Position numbers and translations under genes: made by a program. 64,000 bases of DNA from NCBI GenBank assembly GCA_021613535.1, contig CP075495.1, positions 10,788,001-10,852,000 on the forward strand, read 5' to 3'. The notes under the pieces were generated by a model. The model had not been told where the DNA came from and searched no databases. It saw nothing but the letters and a program-made list of their open reading frames with translations. How positions within the stretch are numbered: the first letter of the stretch is position 1; the number at the start of each line of letters is the position of its first letter. The DNA is from Adineta vaga (Eukaryota > Animalia > Rotifera). Below are positions 36,311 through 48,340 of this stretch, in pieces.

Positions 36311-38730
36311 ATGCAACGATATCAATTCTATTACTATTGTATTTTAATCCTTATTGTAAGTACTATACATGATCCTATACATTGATGTTGTTCATTTTTG
36401 TTAATAGTCATTACTATTTACAAACACTTATTCATTAATACTGACAGATTTATGTCCTAATACTTCGTGCAATTGTATTCTAACTGATTATCGAGATTTA
36501 GTTATTCTTTGTGATTCAACTCGAAATCTTACTGAACTTCCTACACTTGCCAATAGAACATTACAACAAAACGTGAATCAATTACGTCTTAGTTCATCCA
36601 TAGATGGTATTCGTGGTTGTCTTGTAACAATTCCGACAAATATTTCAATACTCTATCCAAATATTGCTTCTCTAGATTTATCATTTAATATGATCAAAGG
36701 TTTTTTAAATACAACTAAACTTGCAGGTTTAGGTTCAAATTTATTAAATATTGATTTATCGAATAATTTCATAGATGATATCGAAATGAATTTTTTTCAA
36801 GGAAATCGAAAACTACAATCGATTAATTTATCACAAAATAATTTAACAAAAATGCCAATGATTGATGGTGAAACTTTCATTTATTTTCCATCGGAAATTA
36901 CAAATTTAAATTTTAGTTTAAATCAAATTCTTAATCTTGATCTTTGGCCATTATTTGTTAAAACTCGTTCGTATATATTGATTTTTTTTCATTGAAATAT
37001 TAAATTTGATTTTCTTTTTATTTAGAAAAGACAATGATAATCGATATGAGTCATAATTTAATTGAATATTATACAAATCAAATTCCCATATCTCTCCAGC
37101 AATCTATTGGAACACCTGATCCACGTTATTTCTATGTAAATGATAATCGTCTCCAACGTTTATCAGATCTTTTACTTGAACAATATGGTGCATGTTCAAC
37201 GTTGACTAATTCAGAAAGTATAGCTTACTTTATTGTTGGAATATCCAATATGTTATTAACAAATAATCCATTAGTATGTGATTGTGAATCATATAATTTA
37301 ATTAAATTTATTCAAGAAAATATCAATGATTTCCCTCAAATTTTCAATCGGTCAGCTTTATTAACAGAAGCGATATGTAGATCACCTGCATCGATGGATG
37401 GACAAAAATATCTATTTTCAAATATTACAGAACTAAATTTTTGTTCAGAATATCAATTACCAAATCGTTCAGATATTTTTTGTTCGATTTATCCAAATGA
37501 AACAAGACCCACTCTAACACCACCAAACTATTTATCGAGTACAACAATAACAATACAAACAACAGTTTCTAATGGAAATGATACAACAACTAAATCATCA
37601 ACCAATGAATCTGACGGTACAAAAGTAAGTTTAATTTTATTATGATAATTTATTAATCTTTATTGTTACTTAAAGAATGAAATGAATGACACATCAAAAT
37701 CGACTTCACCATCATGGTATATTATATTAGGCATTGTTCTTGGCCTTATATTAATAATAGTTTTAATCGTTCTTGGTGTGCTCTTATGTAAAGATCGATT
37801 ATTATCACATAAATGTCGTACATTGCTACGAACTGATCGTCAAACTCCTAATAATTCCTTTGTACCAATCATTCATAGTAGTGGACTTTCATCACATATA
37901 ATATTTCCATCGAATGAAAATAATAGAGTATTAATATGAATTCTGTATAGATATGAATACGTATTTATTCATTGTCTCCTTTCTTTTTCGTTTCTAGAGT
38001 AATCATAGTATAGATCCAAAATATACAACATCCAATAATTTTCCTCGTAAGTTTTACAATTATTAAGATAATTTCAGAAGACTTTTATATCTGATTTTTC
38101 TATTTTATAGGTTGGTTAAATAAAAACTATCCCGAACAAGAAACTCAAACAAGTGTACAAATTATTCGTTCAAAAACATTACATGAATCATTGCGTCCTC
38201 CTCAACAAAATACCCTTCTAACTTCACCTCCAACACATCTTTTATCATCAACACATTCCAGTCCCACTACTACAAATATTATTAAAGGTATTCCACTTGC
38301 AGTAATTCAATCAAAATCGAATACAGATAAATTTGAATTTAATGTTACATCCATTTCTTTAACACCATCAAAACGCGCTCAATTTTTACCACAGATCAAA
38401 AGTGGAAGTTATGTTAATTCAAAAAATCAGAATTTATTAAATACATCAGCTGGAATCTTAGTTACAAATGAACGAAACCGACGTCGAAATGCAATGTTAT
38501 TACGAAAACAATATCAAAATCGTATGACACCGTCACCGACTCGATCACAATCAATGACGACACAAATGAGCACTTATAATCATGAAAATTTTACTGATGA
38601 CGAAGAAGAAATATCTATTCCAACAATGGAAAGTTCAACGGACAAATCATCGAAATCTGTACGAACTTTACCCATGCTCAACACAGCTGGTTTTCCGTCT
38701 TGGATTGATGATGATATCAATCAACAATGA
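36311..38730 (+). CDS. Single-pass LRR transmembrane protein
   Basis: Signal peptide, LRRNT (CPNTSCNC), LRRs (LDLSFNMI, IDLSNNFI, INLSQNNL), LRRCT (NPLVCDC), Thr-rich stalk, TM WYIILGIVLGLILIIVLIVLGVLLC, disordered tail without a TIR domain. Confidence 0.88.
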
Positions 38731-39525
38731 ATAAAGATTTTCTTTGTACGAAAAATGCAAAGAAAATGAATGTTATCAAACATCTTGAGATAGGTATTCG
38801 AGACTTTACATTAATAACTTTTGTCTGTAAGATACAATGTTGATGATCAGTATATTCGTGTTCGTGTTGTTTTCATCTGAATGATAAAAGCATAGAAATT
38901 TCGTTGCAAATTAAAGCATAAAACAGTCTGCCCTTTTTTTCTTCTGAACCGTTATATATATTTTTTTTCTATTTAATTATCTTTTATTTCAAATATTTTT
39001 CATTTATAACGTCTGTCTCTTTCTTACTCATTGTCATGCATGACAAACTCAAATCATAATCCAATCGAATATTTCTGACTAATTCTTAGCATGAAATTGA
39101 AATAAAATCACGGATATTATTCGCAAATGAAAGTTAATTGTATCGTTACCACAAAAAATGCACCACAGTTAATTTTTATTGATAACCGACGTTTAGGTTT
39201 TTTTTTATTACCACAACAAGTGTAAAACCATATTGAAGTTAACGACAAAAGAAAGACAAATAATATCCAATTTTTGGTAGTTCTTTCTTGTTTATTCTCC
39301 ATTGTATAAAAGTAAGAAAAAAAATGACGAATCGACTTTCAAGAAAAAAAATGTGAAATAGAAAAGGGAGGAAAAGAAAAAAAATGATTTACGTTTAGAA
39401 TGAAGGATACATTGAAAATTAATACACAGAAATAGGACAATCACAAGAACTATTCTAGGACGGATGACAAAATATGAAAAGTGTCTATATAGAATATATA
39501 ATTGAATGAAGAACAAAATCGTTAT

Positions 39526-42085
39526 TTAAGCAAAGTTTGATGCTGATTCACCAAGATCATCTCCACCTTGAGGAGTGTCATCAGCGAATGTTTGACCAAA
39601 ATTTGAAGCATTTCCAATACTGCCTCGAGGATAAAAAGTATTTCCAACACTATTTCTATGAGTAGAAGCATTTCCAATGCTGTTGCGCGCGGCTGAACCA
39701 TTGCTAACACTATTACGTGGAAGTGAACCAGCTCTAATACTGTTTCTTTGAACTGAACCTTGTCCAATACTATTTCTGGGATTGGATCCATTTGCAAAAC
39801 TATTTCGATATGCTGAACCATTTGCGACACTACCTCTCTGACTACCATTTGCGCCATAACCTGATTGTGATCGACCACTAGGAGGTAAAAGACCGGGTGT
39901 GGCCCATTGGCGAAATTCTTCTCGACTAATTACACCATCATGATTAGCATCGGCTTGATTGAAAATTGCTTTGGCAACATCGAATTTTCGTGGATTTGAA
40001 CCATTAGCACCACCACTAAGACTAGTTCTAGCCGCACCACTAACACTAACTCTAGCAGTACCACTGACACTTCCTCGAGGACCGCCACTAACACTGACTC
40101 GCGGTTCGCCATTATAACTAGCTGTCTGTCCACCACTAACACTACCTCTGGGAGCACCACTGTAACTAGCTCGTGGTTCACCAGTAAAGCTAGCTCTTGG
40201 TTCACCAGTAAAGCTAGCTCTTGGTTCACCAGTGAAGCTAGCTCTTGGTTCGCCGCTGAAACTAGCTCTTTGTTCGCCACTGAAACTAGCTCTTTGTTCG
40301 CCACTGAAACTAGCTCTTGGTTCACCGGTAAAGCTAGCTCGTGGTTGTCCACTGAAACTGGCACGTGGTTCACCACTGAAACTGGCACGTGGTTCGCCAC
40401 TGAAACTGGCGCGTGGTTCGCCAGTAAAGCTAGCTCGTGGTTGTCCACTGAAACTAGCTCTTGGTTCACCGGTAAAGCTAGCTCGTGGTTCGCCACTGTA
40501 ACTAGCTCGTGGTTCGCCGCTGAAACTGGCACGTCACCGCTGAAACTAGCTCTCTGTTCGCCACTAAAACTGGCGCGTGGTTCGCCACTAAAACTAGCTC
40601 TCTGTTCACCGCTGAAACTAGCTCTTGGCTCACCAGTAAAGCTAGCTCTTGGTTCACCACTGAAACTGGCTCTTTGTTCACCACTAAAACTGGGTCGTGG
40701 GTCACCACTAACGCTCGCTCTCTGTTCACCACTAACACTACCTCTGGGATAACCGCTGAAACTGGCTCTCGGTTCACCACTGACACTATATCGATTACCA
40801 CCAGTGTAGCTACCTTGAGGAGCGCCACTGACACTACCTCTAGCAGTACCACTGAAACTTCCTCGAGGAGCACCACTGATACTGACTCGTGCGGCTTCAT
40901 TAGCAGTGCCGTTGCCAGCACCATTCGTACTACCACTAGACGGACTACCAAAGATACTTCCTGATGCATCATCAGCATTTAAATCAACAGATGATCGCAT
41001 AGCAGTATTATATGCTTCCACTGCTCCATAATCAATATTGATAGGAGCTTCATTGAGTGCATTAGCATTAGCTTCGTTAAAAACGGAATGTTGGGTGGGA
41101 GTTTGAGTTCTTGATCTTAAAATAAATTAGAATAAAAATTCGTTTATACATTTGAATCTTTCTATAGAGATTTACGGAATTTGGCCTCCTGGAGTTGAAT
41201 TTCTTGGTCTTAAAATCAAAAAAATGATATTAAAAATCTGAATGAATCAAGATAAACACTATTACGGTAGTTGTCCTGATAAACTTTGCGATCTTGATCT
41301 AAAAACAAGACAAATTTCTATGATAAGAAAAACGATATTAGAATTGTAATTAAAGTTACCCTGCTCGTCCTGTCGAAACGAATGATCGTGATCTACAGTA
41401 AAAGAACAAAATATTTTCATTGAATATATTTAAATTTAGAAGAAAAGACTCACCGTTGTGCTTGTGAACCTTCATATCCTTGAGGATATACAATTCCTGG
41501 TTCTGCCCATTGTCGAAATTCATCTCGATTAATCAAACCATCATGATCAGTATCAGCTTGATAAAATATAGCTTTTGCAACATCAAAATAAGGTTTTCGT
41601 CGAGAGGAAACACTGCCTCGTTTTAATGAGGAACCAAGTGTTGATGCTGTACTTGTGCCTAAGAGAGGAGAAATCTTTAAAAGTTTCTTGTATAGAAACA
41701 TTTATTTACTATGAGTATTGGGTTGAGTTTGAGCTAGAGCTTGACCTTCTTGTTGTTGAGACACACTTGTAATAGCTGTTACAGGTGAATCACTTGTAAT
41801 ACCACTTTTTTTTGAGGTAACACTAAATGCATCGTATGGGACTCCAGCACCAGGAACTGCTGATATTTGACTTTGTGCTGGTGAATTACTTCGTTCAATT
41901 TCGTTGTCAATACTATTAATACGTTCAACAGGGTTCATGATTGAGCCTTGACGATTACTACGATGACTTCGATGACTTCGTAAAGTTTGTCTATCTTCTG
42001 ATGTTATACTAGCACCACGAAGACGTATTTGATTTTCTTCAAGTTCTGATGCTCTCGGAGAGCCGCCGACATTTGATGATGCCAT
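39526..42085 (-). CDS. Disordered Gly/Ser/Arg-rich protein with two isolated EF-hands and tandem R-x-S repeats (4-nt frameshift at ~40534 as assembled)
   Basis: EF loops DTDHDGLINRDE (~41510-41560) and DANHDGVISREE (~39915-39950), in the duplicated context F(D)VAKAIF.QAD...EFRQWA; 8-aa and 10-aa repeats; GT-AG introns. Confidence 0.8.
40150..40870 (-). repeat. Coding minisatellite, 24-nt unit (GEPRASFS/GEQRASFT), roughly 30 copies
   Basis: Repeated ctgaaactagctc(g/t)tggttc(a/g)cca on the + strand. Confidence 0.95.
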
Positions 42086-43186
42086 GAATGATTTTTACAA
42101 TTATTTAAAACTGCAAATTCGTCCTTGTCGCGTTAACTCAAGGCTGAGACAAAGTGTCAATGCTGTGAAGTATCTATTGTAAGAGAGACTGTAAACGGAA
42201 GAGAAATGAGAAAGCAACTGAAGTTTATAGTTACTGTGAATCGATCGAGCGTATCAAGCAATAAGGACGAGAGTAGAGAAAATATTGAGAAAAAGTAGAG
42301 ACACCACGGGTATGTTTATCAATCAATATATGGATATACATCTCAAATTAAATATTATTTTCCGTCACCTGTTTCAATTATGACACAGCAATTCAAAAGT
42401 CATCTTCAAAACATCAGTTATCTTTATTTCATTTAGAAATTGATTTGACACCGTATAATAATCGAAAATGATGTGCACGTTCATCAACAGAAAAATATAC
42501 ACTGAGAATCGATAGATGTCATGAACGTCCAATTTTTTATTGTTATTACATCAGATAAAATGTATTATAGTCTGTATACTGATACTATTATGTCTGTTTG
42601 TTGGTTAAAGATATACATATAAATATTGTTTTGTATCCTATATAATCAAGTTTCTTATGGTTCCATCTTTCACCGTTTTTCATCCATAATATTACTGACG
42701 TGTGTTAATATTATACTCATCAGAGTTGCTGAGTAATAGACTAGTGTATATTATGTGTACTTAAGCAGACATTCAAGCGTTGTTCTCTTCTTTTTTATTA
42801 TAGTTGTTAGATGAATACGCATGTCGTTTTCTATTCTTTTATTATCTCGCACGAGAATACAACAACAACAACAACAGCAGCAGCAAAAACTGCTACCATA
42901 GACTATTGACATTCTGTCAATGACGCATTTCTCTCATATTAACTCATTCCTAAAATTGTTATTACACTAGTCAGACAATAGAAGATATTCTGACATATTC
43001 TCGATCGTTTCTAGTTTTTCTTCTTTTCTTTTGACTTCTATTCGGTACAAAATATTGGACAAAAAAGGTCGACCATCGTTCTATTTCATTTCGTAGTTCA
43101 TTTTAAAATGTTATTTGTTTTGTTTTTGATTAGCATTAAAATTACTTCTACTTTTAGATCGTTATCAATTAATCATATAACCAAAA

Positions 43187-44127
43187 ATGAAAAGACAATT
43201 CGTACTAATCGGCCTATTCGCCATCATTTTCCTAGGTAAAAAAATTAGATTTTTAATAACTGTGGAAATTAATATATTTGTATCTAATACACCGTGTTAA
43301 ATTGTGAACAAGCATGCGATCCTTTTCGATTGAATCTCGTCTCGTTTGTTCCATCTAACTAACCACATATTTGTATTTTCCTATAGTTATAGCATCATAT
43401 GGTCAGGATTTACCTGGCAATTACCCTACGATAGACGATTATGATGATTCTTTAGTCACAGAGACAACTACTGTCTCAAAAATCAATGATGACCCTAGTA
43501 GCAGTACTAGTACTACTATAACTACTACTATTAGCGCAATAACATCATCAACAAGTAAAGAGATGCTCAAAGCTTTGTTTGCGGTTAATTAAATCTGTCT
43601 TTTATTGAATTAATTGCTTGATTGTTTGGTCTATTATTTTAAAATTTTCTGACCACATTCTATACTTTTATTTATTTAGCTTCAATACCAACAACAACTG
43701 CCGACGTTTCTAATACAACAACAACAGCAACAACAACAACAGAAAGTACTTCTACAATATCATCTTTAAGCACATCATCACCAACAATAGTTTCGACAAC
43801 AACTACTAGTATCAGTACTACTAGTACTAATAGTCCTACGAGCACTACCGAAACAACTACAAGTACAACTAAAACAACGACAACGACAACGCCGACGACT
43901 ACTACAACCACAACAACACAAGCACCAACAACTACAGCTCCAGGTTTGAACAGATTACTTGAGTCGATTTTATATTGTAAAATAAAAACATTTCTTTAGG
44001 TCGAAAATTTGATGGTCTTTCATTTATGGGTGGAATGATTCTTGTTGTTGGTCTTGGTGCATTGATTTATCTTGTTGTTCGTTATCTACGTCGTAGTAAT
44101 CGTTTACCATATTCAAATCTACGTTAA
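43187..44127 (+). CDS. CD164/porimin (TMEM123)-like sialomucin
   Basis: Signal peptide MKRQFVLIGLFAIIFL, Thr/Ser-rich mucin domain, juxtamembrane KFDGLSFMGGMILVVG, TM, cytoplasmic YSNL (YxxPhi) sorting motif. Confidence 0.88.
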
Positions 44128-47100
44128 ACAATCATTTCATATATTTACAATAGTATTGAACAACAATTCGTTATATTCTCCTTTAGTTAAGAACATTTTT
44201 CTATTTGTTTGTTTGTTTGTTTGTTTGTCTGTTGTGTTTTTTTCTCTTCTCTTTTTTTCATTTCTTTATATATTTATTCACAAAAAATATGTCAAATTGC
44301 TGTTGTGAACTTGTTTGCATTGCTTTCTTGTTGATTATTTTTTTGTTATTCAAGAGACAAAAAACAAGCACCTATTCTTTTGAAATTGCTTACATAAAAT
44401 ACGTATGCATGGAATCGATAATAATTACATGGGTTTTTTTTTCTCTTTCTTTCCTGGTTAAACGGTAAATGAAGAAAAAACAAAAAATATTTTTACGTAT
44501 ATATTTTTGATAACTATGTCATATAACATCCTTGTTTCACTTTTCCACTCATTTTCTATTAGTCATACTGATATTTTGTATATTGACAGTTGTCGCCGTT
44601 GAAAAAGAAAAGAGAACGACCAGAGAGTGCTTTTTTTTCATAGATATTACTTTTTCTTGTGAATATAACCATTAAAATAAAAATAGAAAAGAAAAATAAT
44701 ATTATGTATATCATGACTAAATGTTCATTTTCAAATAATTATATTTTATTTACTATCCTTGAAAAGAAGTAATACAGTTTACTGATATCCTTGAATTGAT
44801 CGTTTCAGTCTATAGATTTAATATCAATAGAATATATTTGAATGATCGGATAAAATCAACAAATATCATGCATTTGAAAGGTTTGATCTCAGCTTGAGTT
44901 TGCGTCTTTATCAATATATATTTCTTGTCCTTGATTGATGATATTCACGTGTGATCAAATGCCGACAAACTGAAAATGAAGCTAATTTATCGAAAATCGT
45001 TGAACAATTTAATAATTATTATTTAACATGCGTAGGAGAGAATAAAGTTGAGTGAAACTACGTGTTAACTGGTGAAGAAGAGAAAAGCTATTAAAATTAG
45101 ATATTGTCTATGAAGGAATAAGTGTTAAAAAAAGGAAAAGAAATTGACATTGTCCCTAAAGACGAAGACGAAATGAATATGCAGTTCATCTGTGTATTAC
45201 GGTTCATTTATTGTATATCTTGTTCACACATGGAATTAAATAAGACATTAGGAAAATACATTCTCAAGGACTAAAAACTCATATATTCTATTGAAAATGT
45301 TTTCAATGATATAAATTAGTATATATGTAAGTTGATGTCAAAGTGACAGTCGACTTATATCATACTGCTTCATTTTTTTTCATTCTGACTTTCAATATTA
45401 ATTGTACATTTAGCAGCAATGCTTTACAAACAAGTCTATTAATTATTCTTTTTTTCTTTTCTTGATCATTTCTTTGACACACTTGACAAACAACTCAAGT
45501 GTATATGTTCGATTCAATATCAGAAGAAAGCTGCTGCTGCTGCTGATGATGACACAAAATAATTTGTCGTTTGTTAGATTGTTCTCTTCTTTTTTCATCT
45601 CGACAATTCATGTCAAATGCGTGTACTCTCTCGATTAAGTACAATGAATGAACAACACACTTCTATCAAGTTTGATCTCTGTTGGAACTCATGTCACTGT
45701 CGATATGCGCATCATTCGTTCATTGAAGGTGTCCGCATGTCATCACATGTCGGCATGATGAACACGTATTTAGAATCGAAAAGAAAATTAAACTAATTTA
45801 TTATCAGATTTCTTCATTTTTCGAAGGTGCTGATTTGAAATAAATATTGTTTAGTGTCAAATAAAGAATAAGATTGTCTCCAGAGACTATTGAAACATGG
45901 ATATGTTGTTCATTTGTACATCACGCTTCATTATACTCATATATTAGTTACTAATTAAAAGGATATTTCTCTATCTAAATGAGATTATTTAAACAACTAA
46001 ACTCAAGTCAGTGTTTGTTTGGTCTATCGATTAGAAATGAAAGCAATAGAACTGTTTTATATCTCATCAATCTTATTGATTATGCAAACTAATCGATATT
46101 TGTCGCATCATCTGATCAACATACACCTGCATGTATACATTTCACATAATAGACATCAGTTGAATGTATTGAAACATTCCACATTGATCTGATTTTCTAA
46201 TCGTTGAACAAATAAAATTCTTTTTCTCTTCATTATTATTCGAAACGAGACGATCATAATCATCATTTGTATTCGTTCATCTATGGCATGTGTCAAATAG
46301 AATGAATAAAAAGTCATCGATTTCCCACTGTGCTAGAACTCACGACAACACAGTTAAAGTAAAGAAATGAGAAAGTTAGGAACAAATGTTTGATGAGCAT
46401 TCAATTGACTACGGTAGACCTTCACATCTGTGCATTTCATAGAGACATTGAAAAAAGACACTTGTCTGCTTTGGAGGCAACAGCCGTATTCACTAATAAG
46501 CTAACATTTTGTTTAACGTTTTGTAAATATTGATGGATGAGAAAATCTCAATTATAGATTGGAAGATTAATTGTCGACTGGGATCATTGTTTAACAATAT
46601 TTCTAAACATGGATCTCTTTCTGATTTGATAGCAATTTAATCTTTTATGAAAAATTGTGTTAACTACATCATATTCATATTCATGTAATTGATCTACACA
46701 TTGTTAAATGAAATTCTAAAACTAAATGAATTGTTTCATTAAAGCAACTTTCACTAGAAAATAATTCATTTCGTTTTTAGACGAAGACAATAGGACAAGT
46801 CTTTTTTTGTGTGTTGACTTCAGATTAAAATGAAGTCTTTGAGTTATTTATTTCTTGAAATCTCAAATAGAGACCACCCGATGCTCAATGTATGTCTAAA
46901 TCAAGAAGAAAAAAGTGTCACATCAGTCTTCTGATCAATGGTGTGTTCTGCTATATTGTCGAGCATGTGTGATAGTAATCGGAGATTTCAATACATAGTC
47001 TCATGTTTCGTTTAATGATTGTCAATTGAACATGAACGGCATTTCTCGTTTATTCATTGTTCAACGTGATGACGAAAGGAAACAGAGTTGTTCAATTTCT

Positions 47101-47332
47101 TTTCTCTTCTCTCTTGTTTCAAATCTTGCCAATATGATTGGACTATTCCATGATTGGATGTTAAAATGATTGGTTCATTCCGGAGAGAGTGAAAGTGAAT
47201 AGAAATTAACAAATACGGAAGAAAATATGTTGACAGATTGTGAACGGATTTCGATCTGACATTCCATTTTTTTTCTCTCTCTTCATTCAGTCGTAAAAGA
47301 ACATCACGATATACGGTTTAAACTTGAACAAC

Positions 47333-48082
47333 ATGGCATCAAGCAGTGAAGATGATCATGAACTTAACGTTTGTGATGATGATCAAATGACAGAAAATGA
47401 TATGAAAACTGAAAGCTCAACAAGAATTTATGATCGTCATAATAAAGAAAATCATCAGGAAATCTCGTCAATTTTTCCAACATTAACATATCCACTTATT
47501 CTTCCCTTTGTACAACCATCAATGAAATCGAATGGATTATTTCTTCCAAATTTATTTCCTTATTCATCACCAACACCATCAACAACTGATATACTATCAT
47601 CCTCATCATCTTCATCAACAACAACAACAAATCGACGACGACGTCGTACTTCATCGACGACTGTCAGTGAACATGTTGGCATAGGTGATGATTTAACAGA
47701 TTTACGTTTAAAAATTAATTCACGTGAACGTAAACGTATGCATGATTTAAACTCCGCTTTGGATAGTTTGCGTGAAGTTATTCCCTATGCACGAAATCCA
47801 TCTGTACGTAAATTATCTAAGATGGCAACATTATTATTAGCAAGAAATTATATTGTAATGTTAACAAAATCTCTTGATGACATGAGACAACATGTTGCCA
47901 ATTGTTATCAACATAAGTCTGATCAAGAAAAACTACCAACAATTTGTCCAAAAGCTCAACTTAATTTACCATGTTTTTGTTCGATTTGTTTAACATCAAA
48001 TATTAAATTTGAACAAGAACGTCAACAAACATTTCCATCTATCGTATCATTTGTTCCCACATCATCAAAAACCAAAAACTAA
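47333..48082 (+). CDS. olig: Olig-family bHLH transcription factor (single exon)
   Basis: [54 protein letters not shown] and a C-terminal PCFCSIC motif, as in Olig2/3. Confidence 0.93.
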   Translation: MASSSEDDHELNVCDDDQMTENDMKTESSTRIYDRHNKENHQEISSIFPTLTYPLILPFVQPSMKSNGLFLPNLFPYSSPTPSTTDILSSSSSSSTTTTNRRRRRTSSTTVSEHVGIGDDLTDLRLKINSRERKRMHDLNSALDSLREVIPYARNPSVRKLSKMATLLLARNYIVMLTKSLDDMRQHVANCYQHKSDQEKLPTICPKAQLNLPCFCSICLTSNIKFEQERQQTFPSIVSFVPTSSKTKN

Positions 48083-48340
48083 TATTAATGTTTTCTTTTT
48101 CCATTGTTTTCTTGTCATCTTTATTATAGATATAGAGAAGAAAAAAAATACATAGCATTCATTCGACTAGCAACTGAAGTTAGAAAGGAAGAAAAAAAAA
48201 ACATAAGAATTGATTTTTGAAGTTTGTGTGAATTTGAATACAAGAAAATACAAGTTATCATCTGTACAATAGAATGAAAAAGAAAAAGTTTCATGTCTTC
48301 TCAGGATTATATGTATCTGACAGAAAAATAAATTGTTTGT

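Noticed and set aside
40150-40870. CRISPR-like or telomeric array
   Set aside because: Head-to-tail units with no unique spacers, in-frame coding, eukaryotic context.
40232-40964. Long + strand ORFs (PLKLALGS repeats) and alternative-frame - strand ORFs
   Set aside because: Shadows of the stop-poor 24-nt coding repeat.
43672-43911. Val-rich - strand ORF
   Set aside because: Antisense shadow of the Thr-rich mucin exon.
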